Positions 49,749 to 60,213 of a stretch of DNA of 64,000 nt are shown one piece after another. Origin of the DNA: Savitreella phatthalungensis (taxonomy: Eukaryota). The position numbers and the translations under genes were made by a program. The stretch's first letter is position 1; each line of letters opens with the position of its first letter. Location: contig AP039709.1 in the NCBI GenBank assembly GCA_051599415.1, positions 1-64,000 on the forward strand, in the 5' to 3' direction. The notes below the pieces were generated by a model. It was not told where the DNA came from and did no database searches. It was given only the letters and a program-made list of their open reading frames with translations.

Positions 49749-52010
49749 ATGCCACGGCGAGTCGCGCGCATATTGCTTCCACTAATACTCTCGCTGTGCT
49801 TGGGTGCTGTTAGAGCTCGTTCGCTGCTTCATTCCCACGATGCTTTAGACAATGTTGAGGCCGTGCAACGACCCGAATTGACAGTGCAACAACGATGGCC
49901 AAGCAAGGAACTGTACGCGCGACTCAGCTTCTCAATCAGCGCAGGTGAGGTGCAGCTGGAGCTCGCGCAGAATCATGATCTCGTCGAGTATACAAACTTT
50001 CAACTGCAACGACTGGATGGCACGACAGCGAGGCTCGATTTCGACGGCGCGAGAGATCTCCTGGTTCTCCGTGGTACAACCATCATGGATGTGGGTCATG
50101 AACTACGGCATGTGGGACGCGCGCGGATCGTTGTTCACAGGCGACAACCCTTGAGCTTTGATGGTACCTTCGCAATTGATGGAGTCGTCCATCACATAGA
50201 GCTGTTGTCCAACTATGAGCGCTTCAAGCGGTCAGCAGATGCCTCGGTTGAAGGAGATCCCGCCAAGCCGCTGGATGCCCAGATGGTCGTCTGGCGTGAT
50301 ACTGACGAGCGCCCGAAGCTCCTGAAGCGAGCTGGCTCGGGCTGGCTCTTGGAGGGCGAGACGTATGAGAGCGCGTCGATGTGCTCTCCGCGCGCGTCTC
50401 GAGGCGATCTCGTGCGACGACAGCTTCGTGGCGATACAGGACAAAGCTACGTAACACAAGAGCAACTTGCTCGCACGATTGGCCAGACGCAGGGATGTCC
50501 ATCACAACGTATGGTGGCACTTGTGGGCGCTGCAGCAGATTGCAATTTCGTGAGCGCTTTCAACTCGACGGGCGCGGCGCGCGCGAGCATTATATCTGCC
50601 TTCAATTCCGCCTCCCAAGTCTTCGAGAGTAGCTTCAATATTTCCCTTGGATTGGCATCGGTTCTGATTAGCGATGAAGGAGAATGTCCGACGATAGGCA
50701 GTGCCGCGGCGCCCTGGAACACGGCTTGCGATGGTGCAACTGACATCGGCAATCGTCTCAACACTTTCAGTGCATGGCGCAGTAATCAGCGCGATAGTCA
50801 TGCTGCATGGACTTTGCTGACGACGTGCGCGACCGGCAGCGAAATCGGCGTTGCTTGGCTTGGGACTTTATGTGATCGCAACAGCACAGCACAACAAGGT
50901 AGTACTGTGAGCAGTACGAATGTTGTTGCGGCAATTTCTCGGTCTTATTGGCGCACTCTAGCCCATGAGATCGGTCACAATTTTGGCGCCAACCACGATT
51001 GTACCAGCCAGCTGTGCGACACTTCGATACCGTGTTGTCCCTTGAGCACTACAACTTGCAGCTCGAGTGGACAATATCTCATGAATCCGAGCTCCTCCCA
51101 AAGCTCTTCTGGCTTCTCACCTTGTACAGTGGGCCAAATCTGCAGCAATATTCTGCGCCGGACACTCGACACGTCTTGTCTAACCACCAACCAAAATGTG
51201 CAGCTCGACGGCGCAGCTACCTGTGGCAACGGCGTTGTCGAGGCAGGAGAGGATTGTGATTGTGGTGGATCATCGGGCTGCGGTAACAATCCATGCTGCG
51301 ATCCCACTACCTGTCGTTTCAAAGCCGGCGCGGTATGCGATTTCGAGAATTCTGCTTGCTGTACGACCTCGTGTCAGTTCGCGTCGAACGCCACAGTATG
51401 CAGGCCTTCTACGGGTATATGCGACCCCCAAGAGCTCTGCACGGGCTCAAATGCAACATGTCCAGCAGACCAAACGCTGCCAAATGGACGCAGCTGTGGC
51501 AATGGTTTGACATGCGCCTCGGGCGCATGTACCTCTCGGGACTTGCAATGTCGACAACTTATGAATGGATCTAGCGGAGCTTGCGACGACTTCTCGTGCG
51601 CGTTGACTTGTCGCATCGGTGGTCAGTGCTTCGTCGCTAATCAGTACTTTGCGCCTGGCACGTCATGTGGGAACAATGGGCAATGCAGACAGGGCTCTTG
51701 TGATCAAGGGAGCTTAGGCAACCAGATCGACGGCTGGTTCGCCAGGAACAAGAACTGGCTCATACCAGTTGTGTCGATCGTGGGCGGTCTGATAGTCTTG
51801 ACCATCCTCTGGTCCCTCATCGCAAGTTGCATATCGAAGCGAAAGTCAGCTGAAAGAAGAACGGCCGGCCAACATGCCATAGGTTCTAGGCCAGAGATCC
51901 CTCAACAACGGACCTACGTGGAGCGCAACAACTGGTATGCCCCGCCCCGATATCCATCTGCGGCTCATCTTACTTTCACCGGCAATACCGTCGATCATAA
52001 TAGAGGCTGA
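49749..52010 (+). CDS. ADAM metalloprotease-disintegrin (fungal ADM/Mde10-like)
   Basis: Signal peptide and prodomain, HEIGHNFGANHD zinc motif, Met-turn YLMNP, disintegrin CGNGVVEAGEDCDCG, Cys-rich region and TM helix. Confidence 0.95.
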   Translation: MPRRVARILLPLILSLCLGAVRARSLLHSHDALDNVEAVQRPELTVQQRWPSKELYARLSFSISAGEVQLELAQNHDLVEYTNFQLQRLDGTTARLDFDGARDLLVLRGTTIMDVGHELRHVGRARIVVHRRQPLSFDGTFAIDGVVHHIELLSNYERFKRSADASVEGDPAKPLDAQMVVWRDTDERPKLLKRAGSGWLLEGETYESASMCSPRASRGDLVRRQLRGDTGQSYVTQEQLARTIGQTQGCPSQRMVALVGAAADCNFVSAFNSTGAARASIISAFNSASQVFESSFNISLGLASVLISDEGECPTIGSAAAPWNTACDGATDIGNRLNTFSAWRSNQRDSHAAWTLLTTCATGSEIGVAWLGTLCDRNSTAQQGSTVSSTNVVAAISRSYWRTLAHEIGHNFGANHDCTSQLCDTSIPCCPLSTTTCSSSGQYLMNPSSSQSSSGFSPCTVGQICSNILRRTLDTSCLTTNQNVQLDGAATCGNGVVEAGEDCDCGGSSGCGNNPCCDPTTCRFKAGAVCDFENSACCTTSCQFASNATVCRPSTGICDPQELCTGSNATCPADQTLPNGRSCGNGLTCASGACTSRDLQCRQLMNGSSGACDDFSCALTCRIGGQCFVANQYFAPGTSCGNNGQCRQGSCDQGSLGNQIDGWFARNKNWLIPVVSIVGGLIVLTILWSLIASCISKRKSAERRTAGQHAIGSRPEIPQQRTYVERNNWYAPPRYPSAAHLTFTGNTVDHNRG

Positions 52011-53109
52011 AGCGTTGGAAAATTACACAGCTCCATATATACCTCAAGGCTCCTGATCCCGATGTATGACAACAAATGCAAGAGACAATTAGCTGCAGAT
52101 GCATGAAAATCCGATCCGAGCATGGAGGATATGCACCTTTCTAATGCAGTTGAACGAAAAGTTCCCAATCCCGAACGAGATCCCGCTCCCATTCCGGATT
52201 TACAGCTTGCACCGGCTCCACAATTTTCTGGAAGACGATTCATACACGGAATTTGGCTTCCTCCGGTCCAGAATCGCTCGAACAGTCGAGAACGTGAGCA
52301 AGGGTCTAGCCGATCAATTACGGCATTAGGAAGCAGATGACAAGAGGCTTTTCTGGGGTAAGTCAACCATGTCTGCCGATATGAGCAGCCGTGCTTCGAA
52401 TTACAGGTTAAGTGCGAATGACGAGGCATTGACTTTCACCAATCGAGTACTCTTCTCTCCAAGACTATGTATGGGGAGGTCGATTTTGTCTTCGCCGGCG
52501 CAGAGAACACTCGAAAGTCTAATGGACTCGGGGACAGAGCTTCTGCCTGCCGTGCCGCCAAAGCGGTCGGAATCAGGATTGAGAATTTGAATTGTGCAGG
52601 TGGTATAACTTGGAAAGTCCGCAGACTCCGAAGCAAAAGCGTGCAATCACCACGAAACATTTCCCCAGAATCAGCGTCATTCCGGTTCGCAGACAAGGGG
52701 CTGAGGGGATGATCAATCTTGATCAATCTCCATCTGGTCACCCTCAAATCACTTGCATTGGTCAATTGTTATTCCCTAAGAGCTAATGCTAGTCAGAGCT
52801 CCCGCGCGCGAGAGATTGACGAAGAAAATATCCATCTATGGACTAGACTTGCAATACCTGACTAGACTTACTGCAGATTCGAGCCAGTTCATTATCCGTC
52901 ACGATCGAGACCAGCTGTACTTAACCTTTGCTGCTCAGTGTGCTTGGGCATTGATGCTGCTGGTACCAGGCCACCCGCCACTTCCCTTTTCCCCCCACAC
53001 ACGGTGAAGATCCCATTTCGCGGGTATAAAGCGACAATTCCCACACACTGTGGTATAGTAATTCTTCTAGGCTTGTGTTCCATCTTTCGTTTGCCATCAC
53101 TTCTCAAAG

Positions 53110-55101
53110 ATGAGCAACGGACCTGTCGTACACGAGGCTACCAACGCTCGCAAGATTCATCCGCACCCGAGGCTTCACGATGCCAACATCCACCCGAAGC
53201 CTCATGTAGCTGACCACGCGGCGTACACGGATCTTTACCAGGAATCCCTCGACAAACCACATGAATTCTGGGGTCGGATGGCCAGGGAAAATCTGCACTG
53301 GGATCGGGACTTCAAGACTGTTCAAAACGGCACATTCGAGCACGGCGACATGAGCTGGTTTCTTGAAGGTCAATTGAATGCCTGCTATAATTGCGTCGAC
53401 AGACACGCCCTGAAGAATCCAGACAAGGTCGCAATCATCTACGAAGCTGACGACCCGGGAGAAGGCCGGAATGTGACGTATGGAGAACTGCTGCGTGATG
53501 TATGTCGTCTCGCCAATGCACTCAAGGCGATGGGTGTTAAGAAGGGAGATGTCGTCACGATATACATGCCGATGATACCGGAGACGCTTGTCGCTTTTCT
53601 AGCTATTGTTCGCCTTGGCGCCATGCACTCGGTCGTCTTTGCGGGCTTCTCCTCCGACTCTCTGCGTGATCGTATAATCAATGGCGGCTCTCGATTCGTT
53701 CTGACGACCGATGAGGGCAAGCGTGGCGGCAAGAACATTGGAACAAAACGAATCGTGGACGAAGCTCTCAAGCAGTGCCCTGAAGTGAGGCACTGCCTTG
53801 TCTATCAACGTACAGGTTCAGAAGTACCGTGGACCGATGGACGTGACTACTGGTGGCACGAAGAGGTTAAAAAATATCCTGCTTATTGTCCATATGTGCC
53901 AGTCAATTCAGAAGATCCAATCTTCCTTCTTTACACTTCGGGCTCTACTGGAGCACCAAAGGGTGTCATGCATACCACGGGTGGCTACCTGCTGGGAGCG
54001 TTGATGACAATGAAATACATCTTTGATGTTCATCCGGACGACAAGATCGGCACTGCTGGCGATGTCGGTTGGATCACTGGACACACGTATGTCGTCTATG
54101 CGCCGCTGCTTCTTGGAGTCGCGACGCTTGTCTTCGAGGGCACGCCGGCATATCCGAACTTCTCCCGCTACTGGGATATTGTGGAAAAGCACAAGATTAC
54201 ACACTGGTACGTGGCGCCAACTGCGATTCGTTTGCTCAAGCGTGCGGGAGACGAACATGTCAAGGGCGACCTGTCGTCGCTCCGCATGCTTGGCTCTGTT
54301 GGCGAACCCATCGCACCAGAAGTCTTCGACTGGTACTCGAAGGTCGTTGGCAAGGACCAGTGCTCTGTTGTTGACACATATTGGCAGACAGAAACCGGTT
54401 CGCACATCATCGCCCCGCTCTCGGCAGCTATCGCGACCAAACCGGGCTCTGCTTCGCTGCCATTCTTTGGTATCGAGCCGGCCATCGTCGACCCACAGAC
54501 TGGCAAGGAACTCGAGGGCAACGACGTCGAGGGTGTCCTCGTTATTAAGCGTCCCTGGCCATCCATGGCGAGAACGGTCTTTGGCGCACATGAGCGTTTC
54601 ATGGACACGTACCTCAAGCCCTACCCTGGGTACTACTTCACGGGTGACGGTGCTGGCCGCGATCAGGAAGGTTACTACTGGATCCGAGGTCGAGTCGATG
54701 ATGTCGTCAACGTCTCTGGTCACCGTCTATCGACGGCAGAAATCGAAGCCGCGATCATTCAGTTCAACGGCGTTGGCGAGGCTGCCGTTGTGGGATTCCC
54801 GGACGAATTGACAGGTCAATCTATCGCAGCCTTTGTGCAATTGAAGCCCGGAGTAGAAGCCTCCCCTCAACTCAAAAAGGACATCATCATTCAGGTTCGC
54901 AAGTCAATTGGACCGTTCGCAGCCCCAAAGGTCGTCTACTTCTCCGATCTGCCAAAGACACGCTCCGGCAAAATTATGCGTAGGATTTTGCGCAAGGTGT
55001 GTGCAGGAGAGGCCGACCAGCTCGGTGATACCTCCACATTGGCGGAGCCCGAGGTCGTCGAATCCATCATTGACGTTGTCAAGCGTGAAGGTCCGAAGTA
55101 A
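53110..55101 (+). CDS. ACS1: Acetyl-CoA synthetase
   Basis: [41 protein letters not shown] and [16 protein letters not shown]. Confidence 0.97.
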   Translation: MSNGPVVHEATNARKIHPHPRLHDANIHPKPHVADHAAYTDLYQESLDKPHEFWGRMARENLHWDRDFKTVQNGTFEHGDMSWFLEGQLNACYNCVDRHALKNPDKVAIIYEADDPGEGRNVTYGELLRDVCRLANALKAMGVKKGDVVTIYMPMIPETLVAFLAIVRLGAMHSVVFAGFSSDSLRDRIINGGSRFVLTTDEGKRGGKNIGTKRIVDEALKQCPEVRHCLVYQRTGSEVPWTDGRDYWWHEEVKKYPAYCPYVPVNSEDPIFLLYTSGSTGAPKGVMHTTGGYLLGALMTMKYIFDVHPDDKIGTAGDVGWITGHTYVVYAPLLLGVATLVFEGTPAYPNFSRYWDIVEKHKITHWYVAPTAIRLLKRAGDEHVKGDLSSLRMLGSVGEPIAPEVFDWYSKVVGKDQCSVVDTYWQTETGSHIIAPLSAAIATKPGSASLPFFGIEPAIVDPQTGKELEGNDVEGVLVIKRPWPSMARTVFGAHERFMDTYLKPYPGYYFTGDGAGRDQEGYYWIRGRVDDVVNVSGHRLSTAEIEAAIIQFNGVGEAAVVGFPDELTGQSIAAFVQLKPGVEASPQLKKDIIIQVRKSIGPFAAPKVVYFSDLPKTRSGKIMRRILRKVCAGEADQLGDTSTLAEPEVVESIIDVVKREGPK

Positions 55102-55403
55102 AATGACATGCCCATGGACGCCCTATACGGCATCTCTATACCATCGGCCGCGTGCTTCTCGATGGGCTATGTATGAATCTCTAGTCAGCTCAGTCAGTCA
55201 GAATGCGTAGACACAACGTATGTCAGCAGCTTCAGATCAAGCTTCTCAAGAATGATCTTATGTCCTGTAAGTTTCAGATCTTTCGTCAGGTCGTAGCGCA
55301 TTGATTGACTGTAAAAGGATTCGACCACGACGTCCGTGTCGGAGATTCAACGATTTGCTGTCGCTCTCAAGGATTAGATTCACATCCTGAAGAGTGCCCG
55401 AAG

Positions 55404-56873
55404 ATGGCGACGGCAGCTATGTGCTGTAAGCCTCCCGCTCCGCGTCGAGCTGCCTTTGTGATCATCTTCATCGTGATCGTCCTCTGGCTGCTTGATCCCA
55501 TCGCCATCTGGCCAACCACAATGCAGCCTGACACGTCATCGTCGAAAAGTCTCGGAGCGCCCACTGGGTCTACCAGTCAAATACCTCAAACCCCAGCTCC
55601 GCAAGCGCCTAAACTTGACATAGACTTCTCGATCGATGACGAGTCCTGGGAGCTTGGCATCCCGTTCAGTCTAGACGCACTCCGCGAGACTTGTGAGGAT
55701 GTTCCCGTCTGGCACGAAGGAATGTGGTTGAACATGTTCGAAAATTCCGGCGGTCTCGGCAATCAACGAAATTTCTTCCTCACTGGGCTGCGTTACGGTA
55801 TTGCTGCGGGATTCACAGGCATCGTTCTTCCCAAATTGCGGAAACGCAGTGACACGGACTTGGTCGACTTGTTCAGTGGCGAACAGGAATTCGACCATAT
55901 GTTTGATTCCGGCCACTTGATTCGTACTCTCGCAGCCGCTTGTCCTCGAATCAAGGTGGTCATGAGTGTTGAAGAGATACCGAATCATAAACACGCTGTG
56001 GTGCGTAAGGATCTTACGCCTCAGCATCTTGCCAACCACATGACGCATGAGGACATGTCAGGTATAATTCCGGGTAACTATTGGGCAAATCGCTTCAATG
56101 ACGACTTTATGTACTGGATGGACGATGAATTAAAGTCTCGCCCTTCCGTCAATCGACCCTTCATTATTTCCTGGCCGTGGGCCAACTTCTTCAATTGGCC
56201 AGTCTACGCAGGCGACTATCTGGAGTTTGCCAATTCGTTCGGGAGACTGTTGCGCATCAGACAAGATGCGCGTGACCTAGCCCAAGTCGTTTTGCGCGAG
56301 ATGGCCCATCAGCATCCTGCGCTGTTTGGCAAAGCTCCGGACGAACCCGCGACATCCCCACTGCTGAGCTACCACGCCTTGCACCTTCGCACGGAGTACG
56401 ATCGCTTACAGTGGTGGAAATCAGCTGAAGAGGTCCGAGCTGCTGCTGCCGAATGGGTTGGGCGCAGCGAAGCTCGCCTGGTATACGTAGCATGTGGAGA
56501 TCCTCAGCAAATTCCGATATTCAATGCTTCGATACGCGACTTGCCTGAGAAGCCGGTTCTCATTACCAAAGATCTCATCCTTCGAAGCGCAAACGCGTCG
56601 CAAGAGGCAGTCGAAGCTCTCAAATTGCTCGAATCAATGACCTGGGACGAGCAGGCACTAGTAGACTACCTCGTCATGCTCAGATGTCATCGGTTCTGGG
56701 GTATTTCGTATTCGACCTTCAGCGGCGCAGTCGCTCTGTACCGGCGCATGTTGAAGAAGGGACTCAGGACGTTGCGATGGCCACAAAGGAGCGACCGTTA
56801 TTCTGAGCTATGGGGCATATACGGTAGCTACCACGGGCATTGGTTGCATTTTTACGACCATTCCTGGGCATAA
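55404..56873 (+). CDS. O-fucosyltransferase-like GT-B glycosyltransferase, type II membrane protein
   Basis: N-terminal TM and stem, GGLGNQRN, ALHLRTEYD, VYVACGD and DYLVMLRCHRFWGISYSTFS. Confidence 0.75.
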   Translation: MATAAMCCKPPAPRRAAFVIIFIVIVLWLLDPIAIWPTTMQPDTSSSKSLGAPTGSTSQIPQTPAPQAPKLDIDFSIDDESWELGIPFSLDALRETCEDVPVWHEGMWLNMFENSGGLGNQRNFFLTGLRYGIAAGFTGIVLPKLRKRSDTDLVDLFSGEQEFDHMFDSGHLIRTLAAACPRIKVVMSVEEIPNHKHAVVRKDLTPQHLANHMTHEDMSGIIPGNYWANRFNDDFMYWMDDELKSRPSVNRPFIISWPWANFFNWPVYAGDYLEFANSFGRLLRIRQDARDLAQVVLREMAHQHPALFGKAPDEPATSPLLSYHALHLRTEYDRLQWWKSAEEVRAAAAEWVGRSEARLVYVACGDPQQIPIFNASIRDLPEKPVLITKDLILRSANASQEAVEALKLLESMTWDEQALVDYLVMLRCHRFWGISYSTFSGAVALYRRMLKKGLRTLRWPQRSDRYSELWGIYGSYHGHWLHFYDHSWA

Positions 56874-57639
56874 CAGACTCATAGGTCCACAGACTAACAT
56901 GACGGTGAGCCACAATCAACGCTTCGCTGCTCTCTTTGTGGGAGAAATGCATGTGTCGCCAGATTATCGTGTACATTGGACCTAGCAGTTTGAAAGTGTC
57001 CGATCGCCGGACTACAAGACTCGCATTGAACGCTCAAGCAATAGTTGGATTGCCGAGAGAGCCATTTTGCTTTTCTGGAAGCCAATGTGCATGCTGGTGT
57101 CTCAGACTAAGTGACACCCTAATGTTAATGCCACGATCGAGCAACCATTTATCCCATCCGCACGTGCACTGGGTTGATCCTCATGCCATGCAGTTGTGTC
57201 ATAACATATAAATTTATTTGTCTAAATTGTGTCCACTACCGGCAGACGGCAACTATAGTATATATTGGATATGTCGGGCAAAAATATCCTCCGTGATCAG
57301 ATCTGTCGCATTCTAAAGTCACCCGACATTTCCTCAATTGTTCTGAATTTGAATTATTCTCTTATTCAATGCAGGTAGAAAGTTCAGATAGGGAGCAGTT
57401 CGTCACGAGTAGCTAACGAAAGCCCATTGACACTGCATCTCAAATTTAAGTTCTTATGCACAATGGGTTGCAAAATGGATCCTCTCAACCCAGAGATATG
57501 TGGCCGAGGATGTGCATGGATCCTTGCTGAATCAAACTACAGCAAATACACCACCAGGAACAGGCACCAATCCATCTTTGACTTTACTAAAACACTCAAC
57601 GCACAGCTGGCCTCACGATTGCCATAGGAGACGACATTC

Positions 57640-59754
57640 ATGGCCCGTGCAAAAGGCCCTCATGGAAAGCGGCAAAATCCCACGAAGGATACGCGGCTAT
57701 CAACATCTGAGGACGTCGAGCTAGCGGTGTTCCATCCTTCACTTCCGCTGTTTGCGAGCGCACGGCTAGGCCATGACGCATGGCGTGTTCGAATCTACGA
57801 CGTATCGACCACAAAATCACGAGTTGAGCATGTTGTCGCGGATAGCTTGTCCTGTCGTTGTATGGCCTGGGGTACGAAACACAATGTAGATGCCCCTGCG
57901 GATGGTAGAAAGTCTAAGAAGCGGAAAGCTAGCGGTGCAGGAACATCGTCCAACGGCAATGATGGCTTGCTCGCTATGGGTCTGAGTGATGGCGCCATTG
58001 CGTTGTACAGTCCGTCAGAAGACAACCCACTCGGCATCCTACAAGGTCAGCACAATTATCCTGTGGCCGCATTGTCGTTCGACGCGTCGGGTTCTCTGTG
58101 GTCTGCTGATGGCAATGGAAAGGCTGTCTGCTGGGAATTGTCGAATCAGCAAATGGTGCAATCAATTGATTTCGGAGAGCTTGGATCACTCACGAGCCTA
58201 CTGGCAAGCACAACGCACCTCATCGGAGCATATCTTAAGATCACCCAAGTCAGCTTGGCTAAAGACAATCAGCGACTCGATTATGCCAATGTTGCCACGC
58301 CAGTCAACAATCTCCTGTTCTACAGAGATAGTGCAAGCTTTGCTGCCACTGCCGAAGATGATCGCTACATCAATGTTTTCTCAACTGAGAGCCATGCTGT
58401 TATCAAGACAGTTGTGGCCGAAGCTTCAGCTAAGAGTGCTTCGCAAGCTGCCGGCGTTCTCGCTATCCGCACGGCCTCAAATGAAGTCGAGCTCTTCTCG
58501 GTGGAGGATGATTCACTGGCCGCTGCAGGCCCCGCTAAACGCAATAAATTGCGCGTAGCGACCTGTAAAGCCAAGATTCGTGTTGCCAGAGCGACAAATG
58601 ATATTGTCGAGCTGTCAGCGATCACAATGCGCGCGAGTGGCGAGTTAATCTTGTCTTGGCTGGAGGGTGAACGTCCGCTATTCGAGACGGTTCGCGTCGC
58701 GGAAGGAGGCAAACTCCTCCTCGATGGTGATAGAGAAATCATCCGCGCGCCACTGCCACGGCTGGGACAGGTAAACGCGAACGGCAATAGCACAACTCAA
58801 GACGCTAGTACTGCATACCAGGACGGCTTCGCAGTGGTGACCACCGGCAACGACGTGGGCATTGCTTTTGGAGACTTCGATGATGCGGACGCTCCTCGCG
58901 AGGAGGCGGACGACACTTGTCTGGCAAAGACTGACGATGCTGCAGAACCGACGCTCGCTGAGCGCCTACAAGCGCTTGATGTACAGTCTCAAGTGGCCTT
59001 GCGACCCAAAGCGACCGCTCTGATGGCTCCCGCCGCCTCGTCCCTCACTACGGTCCTGACTCAAGCTCTTCGTTCGACTGACCACGCCCTGCTGGAGTCG
59101 TGCCTCCAGCATAGCGACTCAGACATCATACTCGAAACGGCCAAACGACTGGATCCGACCCTGGCTGCGGCCCTGCTTGAGCAGCTCGCGATGCGCCTCA
59201 GCAAGCGGCCTTCGCGTGCCAACGAGCTCAGTATCTGGATCCGATGGACTATTGTCGTGCATGGCGGCCATCTTTCCGGCCTGCCTCAACTTGTACGATC
59301 ATTAGCGTCTTTGAACGGGGTGTTGACGATGCGTGTCCAGCAATTACCGCGACTCTTAGCTCTACAAGGTCGTCTTGACATGGTTCAGGCTCAAGTGGCC
59401 CTGCGCAAGTCTGCTGCACATAGAAGTCGGCAACAACTGCTTGCTGGCGGTGACAGCATTGACTACGATGAATCCGAATCGGATGAGGATGCACTTGCCG
59501 ACGATGATTCCGATGGCGATGCAGAGTCAGACCTTTCAGAAGAATTTGACGATGCTGATATCTATAATGAGAACATCAGCGAAGACGAAGCGGATGATGA
59601 TGGCTCCGACATAGACGAGGACGACGGGGACTTTTCGGCCGATGAAATTGGAGCTGCGACCAACGATAGGCTTGCAGCCCTTGACGCATCTATGGAGACC
59701 GGCCGATCACCAACTGCAAGTCAGGCTGACAGCGACGCTGACGACGAGGACTGA
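57640..59754 (+). CDS. UTP5: SSU processome t-UTP subunit Utp5/WDR43
   Basis: WD40 N-terminus, Utp12-type domain SLTTVLTQALRSTDHALLESCL..RLLALQGRLDM and an acidic tail. Confidence 0.9.
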   Translation: MARAKGPHGKRQNPTKDTRLSTSEDVELAVFHPSLPLFASARLGHDAWRVRIYDVSTTKSRVEHVVADSLSCRCMAWGTKHNVDAPADGRKSKKRKASGAGTSSNGNDGLLAMGLSDGAIALYSPSEDNPLGILQGQHNYPVAALSFDASGSLWSADGNGKAVCWELSNQQMVQSIDFGELGSLTSLLASTTHLIGAYLKITQVSLAKDNQRLDYANVATPVNNLLFYRDSASFAATAEDDRYINVFSTESHAVIKTVVAEASAKSASQAAGVLAIRTASNEVELFSVEDDSLAAAGPAKRNKLRVATCKAKIRVARATNDIVELSAITMRASGELILSWLEGERPLFETVRVAEGGKLLLDGDREIIRAPLPRLGQVNANGNSTTQDASTAYQDGFAVVTTGNDVGIAFGDFDDADAPREEADDTCLAKTDDAAEPTLAERLQALDVQSQVALRPKATALMAPAASSLTTVLTQALRSTDHALLESCLQHSDSDIILETAKRLDPTLAAALLEQLAMRLSKRPSRANELSIWIRWTIVVHGGHLSGLPQLVRSLASLNGVLTMRVQQLPRLLALQGRLDMVQAQVALRKSAAHRSRQQLLAGGDSIDYDESESDEDALADDDSDGDAESDLSEEFDDADIYNENISEDEADDDGSDIDEDDGDFSADEIGAATNDRLAALDASMETGRSPTASQADSDADDED

Positions 59755-59760
59755 TGGTGC

Positions 59761-60090
59761 CTACCAGGTTCCGTTGACAAAGTCAATCACTTGCGCGTCT
59801 GCGACAAGGCCTGCTAGAGATGCTTTGAAGCGAATGTGCTCTGGATCATCGTTGCAATAGTAGTCCCGATCTTTTGCGCTTCTGAAGCGTACAATGTATA
59901 CATGGCTGAATCCATTTGCCTTCCCCTCAATGGAGCAGTCCTTACCTGCCTCGATGCTGACAATATATGGAACGTGTCCGTAAACACAGCGAGATTGCAG
60001 TGCAGCGAAGTCCTCGCAGACACGAGTGACAGCTTTCTCCGATGCCCCTGGTTCAAACTTGAACATGACAACGTGCATGACATGCGTCAT
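59761..60090 (-). CDS. Stress-responsive A/B barrel (Dabb) protein
   Basis: HVVMFKF, PYIVSIEAGKDCSIEG, GFSHVY and DRDYYCNDDPEH. Confidence 0.9.
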   Translation of the reverse strand: MTHVMHVVMFKFEPGASEKAVTRVCEDFAALQSRCVYGHVPYIVSIEAGKDCSIEGKANGFSHVYIVRFRSAKDRDYYCNDDPEHIRFKASLAGLVADAQVIDFVNGTW

Positions 60091-60213
60091 GATTGCCAGG
60101 CGCTGCACGTCCGTATTCGCCTTTTAACGACGACATGCATGCACTTAACAATATATATTTAATGTGGCCGTGTGGCTCGATGAAAAACACCTACGCCGAG
60201 TCGAGTGAGCCGC

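Noticed and set aside
53908..54811. Long antisense and alternate-frame ORFs inside ACS (similar ones inside RFC1 and SSN6)
   Set aside because: These are shadow ORFs expected from codon bias in GC-rich conserved genes and have no protein features.
30209..55101. Pyruvate/acetyl-CoA cluster (PDX1, PDH kinase, ACS)
   Set aside because: The genes are 10-12 kb apart with many unrelated genes between them, and no shared motif was seen.
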